From Octopus vulgaris (taxonomy: Eukaryota), in NCBI GenBank assembly GCA_951406725.2, contig OX597828.1, positions 47,120,001 through 47,184,000 on the forward strand: a stretch of 64,000 bases of DNA, in the 5' to 3' direction. The translations under genes were made by a program, and so were the position numbers. Shown piece by piece: positions 55,808-64,000 of this stretch. How positions within the stretch are numbered: the stretch's first letter is position 1; each line of letters begins with the position of its first letter. Below the pieces are notes generated by a model, which worked only from the letters and a program-made list of their open reading frames with translations, searched no databases and was not told the DNA's origin.

Positions 55808-56663
55808 GTTTCAAATTTTGGCTTAGGGCCAGCAATTTTTGTGGAGCAGGTAAATCGATTACATCGACTCCTGTGCTCCATTGGTATTCATTTTGTCGAC
55901 CCCAAAAGGATGAAAGGCAAAGTCAACCTCGGTGGAATTTGAACTCAGGCCGATGAAACACTGCCAAACGCTTTGTTAGTGTGTTAAAGATGCTGTCATA
56001 CAATAATGACTTCATATTTTGGCACAAGACCAGAAATTTCGAGTGAAGGTTTATGTCGATTTACTTCGACCCAAGTACTCGACTGGTATTTATTTTATCG
56101 ACCTCGAAAAGATGAAAGACAAAGTCGACTTCGGCGGAATTTGAACTCAGAGCGTAAAGACGTTAGCATACTGAACAAAATGTTTAACAGCATTTCGTTC
56201 GGTATGCTAACGACCCTGTCAGCTCGCCGCCTTATAAATGCATACAACAATGCTTTCTACTATAAGTACAAGGTCTGAAATTTTGGGGGTGGGAGAAGTC
56301 GATTTCATCGATCCTAATTCTCAACGAAAGAAAGAAAGGCAAAATGGGCCTAGACGGAATTTGGACTCAGAAAGTAAAGACGAACGAAATTCAGCTAAGC
56401 ATTTTATCCGGCATGCTGATGATTCGGCCAGCTCACCGTGTTATACAATAATCTTTTCTCTTACAGGCACAAGACCTGGAACTTGTGGGAGTGGGATAGT
56501 CGATCACATCGACCCATGTTCTTGACTGATACTTAATTTATCGACCCCGAAAGGATGAAAGGCAAAGTCGACCTCAGCGGAATTTGAACTCAGAACGTAG
56601 TGGCAGGTGGAATACCGCTAAGCATTTCGTCCAGCGTGCTAACGATTCTGCTAGCTCGCCGCC
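55808..56663 (-). mobile_element. Four head-to-tail SINE-B copies of differing divergence
   Basis: The reverse-complement core GACCCCGAAAGGATGAAAGGCAAAGTCGACCTCGG...AATTTGAACTCAG recurs four times in variant form. Confidence 0.85.
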
Positions 56664-57304
56664 CTATACACGCATACAATAATGATATAACATAGTCATT
56701 GACACATCCAAACTTCACACCACTATCGCAACCATCAACAACATCACTACCAATATCATTATTATCACCATCACTACCAACACCACAACACTACTCTCTC
56801 TTCACCACCATCACCACTATCACCAACAGCATCACAACTACCATCTCCGCCACCGTCACCACCACTAACAACAACAACAATGCCACCACTACGCCCATCG
56901 ACACAAATCCTGCTAACACCATTACCACAAACATAGCCACTACAACAGTCACCAGCACAACCGCCACCACCAGCACCAAACAAAAAAAAACTCTATCAAC
57001 ACTGCGACCACGACCGCGGCCACGGCCACCGCCACCGCAACAAGTGCAAACACAATCATCACCAACACCACCACCACCACCATCACACCTACCTGCACTC
57101 TTAAATAAACTTCCTGTTGCTATGATAATGCAACAGTCCATTAGTTGAATATGTCTTATGTCTATCTACACAGAAAACCATCTTGTTTATCCACACACGC
57201 AAGTCCACATACATGTATGCATGTATGTATATATATATATACATACATACATAGATAAATATACATACATATATCTATCTATCTATCTATCTATCTATCT
57301 CTAA

Positions 57305-57351
<47 letters not shown>

Positions 57352-57373
57352 TATATATATATATATACATACA

Positions 57374-57408
<35 letters not shown>

Positions 57409-57695
57409 ATGCACATTGAACATATACGTAAACTAGCAAATATTCACACGTACACAAGCATATAGTTATACTACATGTATTGATGTGTACGTACATGCAT
57501 GCGTGTGTATGTATTTGTGTTTGTTTGTTTGTGTGTGTGTGTGTATGGACAATGCATATACTTTAGATACATCCGAGTATGAAGTATACACACACACATA
57601 TATATATATATACACACATAATAATACAGAACTATACACACATTATATAGACGCTCTATATATACATACACGTACACACATATCAGTATATATAT

Positions 57696-57913
57696 ATTTC
57701 TTTACTACCCACAAAGGGCTAAACACAGAGGGGACAGACAAAGGGATTAAGTCGATTACATCGACCCCAGTGCGTAACTGGTACTTAATTTATCGACCCC
57801 GAAAAGATAAAAGGCAAAGTCGACCTCGGCGGAATTTGAACTTCGAACGTAACGACAGACGAAATACGGCAACGCATTTCGCCCGGCGTGCTAACGTTTC
57901 TGCCAGCTCGCCG
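57696..57913 (-). mobile_element. SINE-B full length
   Basis: Consensus match. Confidence 0.9.
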
Positions 57914-58123
57914 TATAGATATTTATGCAGTGTATGTATATATGTACATATGTATATATACGTGCATGCATATAAACATGTTTATATGTGTTTTTGCACC
58001 TATATATATATATATACAGAATACATATATATATAAATATATATAGTAAAGTTTCTCTTTGTTTATTGTATTGGCAGTAGTCAGAAGTGCTCAGATAGAA
58101 GACCCGAGACGCGAAGGTATAAA

Positions 58124-58566
58124 AAATATTAAGGAGAATTTCAGATGCATTCAACAATTTAATTATACATATATTCTACCGTAGATAAAAGCATATCATT
58201 CTTTAGAACATACCAAATGTATCAGTCGATAAAATATTAAAACATATTAAAAATTCATGAATGCATGAATATGTAAAAATTTAATATACATATATATATA
58301 GATGAATAAAATTAGCTTAGAACGGCGTTGTAAAAATTATAAAGAAATAAGAATTTTTACAACGCCGTCCTTACCTAATTTCACTCACCTTTTTATACGT
58401 GTATATTTGGTTTTTATATATTCATGTATGCATGCATTTTTAATATGCTTTAATATTTTAATGACTGATACATTGGTATATTCTAAAGACTGACATGAAT
58501 TTATCTACGGCAGAATACATGTATAATTAAATTGTTGAATGTGTATTGAAATTCTCCTTAACATTT
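58124..58566. repeat. About 215-bp-arm diverged foldback (MITE-like)
   Basis: Perfect 17-bp core 58322-58338 / 58352-58368; outer arms AAATATTAAGGAGAATTTCA / TGAAATTCTCCTTAACATTT. Confidence 0.88.
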
Positions 58567-58697
58567 ACATAAAAGGATTTCACCCTTTATATGTACTGTT
58601 CAATATTTACGTGTTGAAAAAAATTGTTATCTTTCTACAAGTCCTACACTACATTTTAACACTTCAAATACAAACTTGTGTTTGTTTACATATGACG

Positions 58698-58803
<106 letters not shown>

Positions 58804-58984
58804 ATACAGGAGTGTGACGAAAGAACTCTGGCCGAAATAAGATTAAGATTAATGTAAAAAATAAATAACACTGAAGCAAAATAACACCAAATATATAGTG
58901 CGTGTGTTTTTATTGACTAAACTGGCAAAATGACCATTCCGAAATATAACAATATATATTTACACATATATATATATATATATA

Positions 58985-59113
58985 TAGATAATCCAAACAC
59001 TAAAACACAACAACGCGAGGAGGACGTGGAACAAGTATAGTGTTATTGGACGCTCAGGAGAGGAAAGATCCAAGACGGAGGGAAAAAAATCGCCAACGAT
59101 ACACACGCGGTCG
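58985..59113 (-). mobile_element. H1 pLTR fragment with the hammerhead deleted
   Basis: Matches 3041-3250 but lacks the hammerhead-containing segment. Confidence 0.7.
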
Positions 59114-59132
59114 CATATTGATATACATATAC

Positions 59133-59295
<163 letters not shown>

Positions 59296-59618
59296 GCTTC
59301 TGTATTTCATGTTTCTGTATTCCATTATTGTTTTTTGTTTTTTTATATCTGTCCCTTTTGCTGTCCTGGTGTTCGTATGCATTCGATCCTTCTTCCAGGA
59401 AATCTACGCTTCCAGCTTAGTTTTTCTAATGCTCGTTGCTTGGTTTTTCTTGGAGGGCTGGCCGTGATCTAGTAATCTCAAGATTAATCAGCCGAAATTA
59501 CTACGATGATCCGGTTCTTGACTGAAGACTGAGGGTTTCGAATGTCCTGTCCGTGTTTATTGTGTCGTCTTCTAAGAGTTATACGTTCTTGTCCATGTTG
59601 TATTTTTCTACATACCTT

Positions 59619-59725
<107 letters not shown>

Positions 59726-60567
59726 CGTATATATGTATATATACATATATGTATGAGGGTGTATATATATATAGATATATACATAAATACATAACATATA
59801 CACACACATGTTACATATATAAAACACATGCGTTTTCATGCAAGAGTGTGATTGTGATATGTATGAAGAGAGCAGATTTGTCACCAGACGGTGTTATTTG
59901 TAAGAACCGTTACCACCAAGTAAACTGAATGTCGTTATGCGGGTTGTCGCAAAACCATATTTTTCTCTTTTGCCACTTGAGATATATATAGCATTGCATA
60001 TGAGATTCTACTCACCAATTTCAGTTACCAGTACCAGTGGCATATTATTGAACCTTAGAATTTTGTAGCCAGATGGCTTGTTCAGTTCTTTTTTTGTTTG
60101 TTTGTTTCTTCGCCATATTTGAAGAGGTTGAACGCATCAGACAATTGTTGACATTTACATCAGTTGATTCGTTGACGTAGGTGACATATGTGTTTGTATT
60201 TGTAATTGTTGCTGTTGTTGTTGTTGTTTGGTGCATGTGGAGGGAGGAAGTGTGCGTCTGCCGTTGTTTTCTAGTTTGCCTGTTGATCGGTCATATTCGA
60301 GTAGATCGTTGACATATTGGTAGCGGATCAAATGACGTCAGAGTACCACATGCATAGCCAACATTATCTTGAACCCGTTCAATCTTCAGCATGCAAATGC
60401 TTGATGTGTATCGTGGTTCGGGCCGTCGTGAATTGTGAAAATCTAAACAGATTTCGTTTCCTACGTTCTCTATTCGGCTTCAGTGCTTCTTCATGCAGCT
60501 TAGTTCAAGGTCAACACTTACTGAGTATTGTTGCTAGAAAAAACCTCCTTTTGAGAGGGTTTGTATA

Positions 60568-60802
60568 CTCTTTTACTCTTTTACTCTTTTACTTGTTTCA
60601 GTCATTTGACTGCGGCCATGCTGGAGCACCGCTTTTAGTCGAGCAAATCGACCCCGGAACTTATTCTTTGTAAGCCCAGTACTTATTCTATCGGTCTCTT
60701 TTGCCGAACCGCTAAGTGATGGGGACGTAAACACCCCAGCATCAGTTGTCAAGCGATGCTAAGGAGACAAACACAGACACACAAACATATACATACACAT
60801 AT

Positions 60803-60837
<35 letters not shown>

Positions 60838-61006
60838 GACATATATACGACAGGCTTCTTTCAGTTTCCGTCTACCAAATCCACTCACAAGGCATTGGTC
60901 GGCCCGGGGCTATAGCAGAAGACACTTGCCCAAGATGCCACGCAGTGGGACTGAACCCGGAACCATGTGGTCGGTTAGCAAGCTACTTACCACACAGCCA
61001 CTCCTG
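60568..61006 (-). mobile_element. SINE-A full length
   Basis: Consensus match. Confidence 0.92.
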
Positions 61007-61285
61007 CATATGTATATGCACTTATTATTTCAATACGTAACTCACACCCTCTTCCATTTTTGTACTACTAAATTTGCTCTTCATCCTCTTCTGACTATCT
61101 ACTAAACACCTGATGACTAACTAATGATACATAAACACTTTATCCGAATGTAAATCTTGCATTATTTGATTCTCTGTCTGAAAATTTTCTAATAGGGAAT
61201 TTCTTACATGCTTATCCTACTTGTACAGTTTTGCAATTACTGTTAGGAAATGAAACGTGTATCAATATTAGTGAGTAATAAACAT

Positions 61286-61356
<71 letters not shown>

Positions 61357-61415
61357 TACGTATATCGGAAAATTTTGATGCATATTCATTCACCTTTTTC
61401 CTTTTTTCAGTAATT

Positions 61416-61464
<49 letters not shown>

Positions 61465-61629
61465 GTATCTGTAGATGTAATATGTGACAATTATACACAT
61501 ATTACATTCACAGATAAATTCCTCTATTTACATAATATCGGGGTCTCTTTCATTCTTTTGTTGTCTTACGATTTTTATCAATGTATATATGTATATATAT
61601 GTATATACATATATTTGTATATATATATG

Positions 61630-61662
<33 letters not shown>

Positions 61663-61709
61663 GGGGGAGACAGGTATTATGTTGGTACGTAGATAGCTAA
61701 CTAGCTACG

Positions 61710-61853
<144 letters not shown>

Positions 61854-61859
61854 CAGACA

Positions 61860-62020
61860 CACATCGACCCCGGTGTTTCACTGGTACTTGATTTATCGAC
61901 CCCGAAAGAGAGAAAGGCAAAGTCGACATCGGTGAAATTTGAACTCAGAGCCTAAGGACGGACTAAATGTTGCTAAGCATTTCTCCCGGCATGCTAATGT
62001 TTCTGCCAGCTATCTGCCTT
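61860..62020 (-). mobile_element. SINE-B
   Basis: Consensus match between (GATA)n and (GAA)n tracts. Confidence 0.8.
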
Positions 62021-62021
62021 T

Positions 62022-62147
62022 TGAAGAAGAAGAAGAAGAAGAAGAAGAAGAAGAAGAAGAAGAAGAAGAAGAAGAAGAAGAAGAAGAAGAAGAAGAAGAA
62101 GAAGAAGAAGAAGAAGAAGAAGAAGAAGAAGAAGAAGAAGAAGAAGA
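62022..62147. repeat. (GAA)n
   Basis: Direct reading. Confidence 0.97.
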
Positions 62148-62493
62148 CGAGGAGAAAAAGGAATTGAAGGAGGAAGCTGATGATGATGATGATCATCACC
62201 ATCACCATCATCATTAAAATGGTAAGATGAAAATTCTTGGCAAAACGACTGTGATTGCAAAAATTTGGCAATCAAAAATTCAGTAATAAAAGAAAAAAAA
62301 CACTAAGCGAAATTATTTGAGGGAAATTATTGTTAATGTCTAATGAGAGAAAATAATTAATTCAAACTGGCTTAAATTACTACATTTAAAGTGGAATGAA
62401 CATTATAATTATACGAAAAGAAGAAGAAGAAGAAAAACAGAAACAAAAGTAAATCTTTATTCTAACAACGCAGCAAATAAGTATTATAACGAA

Positions 62494-62570
<77 letters not shown>

Positions 62571-62587
62571 GGTGGTGGTGGTGGTGG

Positions 62588-62633
<46 letters not shown>

Positions 62634-62647
62634 GGTGGTGGTGGTGG

Positions 62648-62703
<56 letters not shown>

Positions 62704-62716
62704 ATGGTGATGATGG

Positions 62717-62789
<73 letters not shown>

Positions 62790-62805
62790 GATGGAGATGA
62801 TGATG

Positions 62806-62855
<50 letters not shown>

Positions 62856-62875
62856 GGAGATGGTGATGGTGATGG

Positions 62876-62925
<50 letters not shown>

Positions 62926-62944
62926 GTGATGGTGATGATGATGA
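62494..62944. repeat. (ATG)n/(GTG)n of about 450 bp
   Basis: Direct reading. Confidence 0.97.
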
Positions 62945-63200
62945 CGAAATCGGGACTGAGCAAAGAAAAACCAATAATATATTTTAAGAAATGTCATTGG
63001 TAGAACTAATGATGGAAATAGATTGTAAGAATGGTTCCAATGTATTGGAGCACCATAGAAAAATTAATTTCGAATTTTTCATCAAATCTCCTTTTAGACA
63101 ATCTAATTTATGTTTCCATGGAAATATTATTACGTATTTAATTTTGCACTAGCGAAACCCCTCCCAGTAGATTCTCTCCCTCCCTCCCTCTCTCTTTCTA

Positions 63201-63294
<94 letters not shown>

Positions 63295-63522
63295 ATATAT
63301 ACACATACATATATGTGTGTGAGATGCATACATGTGTGCGTGCATAGGTACGCATTTCACATGTGTAATATATGTATTAGTATGTGTGTGCATTTGTGTG
63401 TGCGTGTGTATGTATACACGCACATACATACATACATAGCCGCATGTATTCTACACATTCAAATCCATAGTTACATACATCTATGCATCCATTTTATCAA
63501 CAAACAGTCAAGATTTTAACAT

Positions 63523-63596
63523 TAACTACATATCATTGTGTAAAAATACACATACACACTAACTACATATCATTGTGTAAAAATACACATACACAC
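63523..63596. repeat. 37-bp exact tandem duplication
   Basis: TAACTACATATCATTGTGTAAAAATACACATACACAC twice. Confidence 0.9.
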
Positions 63597-63875
63597 ATCT
63601 AAATGCTTCTATACTAACGTGACAGCTAAATAAAAACGCGGAATATTGTACATTCAAGCAGGTATAAAAACCTCTATAATGAAATAATTACATACAAAGA
63701 ATAATCAGCTCTAGAACCTAGAGTGAAGATTATGTAATATACCTATTATAGCCATTACTGAAATCTTGGTACAGATAATGTAAGAGAATTATGGGAAACA
63801 GCTATGAAAGCTAAGTGGGGATTATGTAAGAGAGACATGTTTGTCAGTTGTTAAAGCTAGGTAGGAACTATATAA

Positions 63876-64000
63876 GGCGGTGAGCTGGCAGAAACGTTAG
63901 CACATTGGGTGAAATGCTTTGCGGTATTTCGTCTGCTGCTACGTTCTGAGTTCAAATTCCGTCATGGTCGACTTTGCCTTTCATCATTTCGGGGTCGATA
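63876..64000 (+). mobile_element. SINE-B, runs off the window end
   Basis: Consensus match. Confidence 0.88.

Noticed and set aside
59449-59505. GGCTG...CAGCC-GAAA stem resembling hammerhead stem II
   Set aside because: Upstream core reads CTTGGAG, not CUGANGA, and there is no stem III/UH; not counted
60100-60520. Possible RTE reverse-transcriptase relic on the minus strand (IHDG, RVQDN)
   Set aside because: Only a few short motifs across frames; too weak without tBLASTn

Overview
Repeat-saturated, AT-rich, essentially non-coding animal genomic DNA (intron or intergenic). The extreme (TA)n/(TG)n/(GATA)n/(AAT)n load and the SINE repertoire suggest a coleoid cephalopod such as Octopus; this is inference, not a database result. 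Nearly all ORFs in the supplied track are microsatellite artefacts and no intact host gene is supported. Recognisable content: four tRNA-derived SINE families (called A-D here, about 45 copies or fragments), a gag-like LINE ORF1 remnant with a CCHC knuckle, an R4/Dong-like LINE C-terminus inserted in (AAT)n, three non-autonomous Helitrons, a TTAA piggyBac-type MITE and several long foldbacks. The most notable signal is nine type-I hammerhead-ribozyme motifs from about five sequence families. They sit in short, often (TA)n-embedded and sometimes inverted Penelope-like pseudo-LTR fragments, and include one with an extended bulged stem I and a subfamily with U at core position 6. Other highlights are a stack of four SINE-B copies punctuated by one recurring 12-nt motif, a 184-bp SINE-B concatemer and an orphan structured GC-rich island at 52.2 kb. 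Repeat-copy coordinates are approximate (about +/-10 nt) unless a TSD is quoted.
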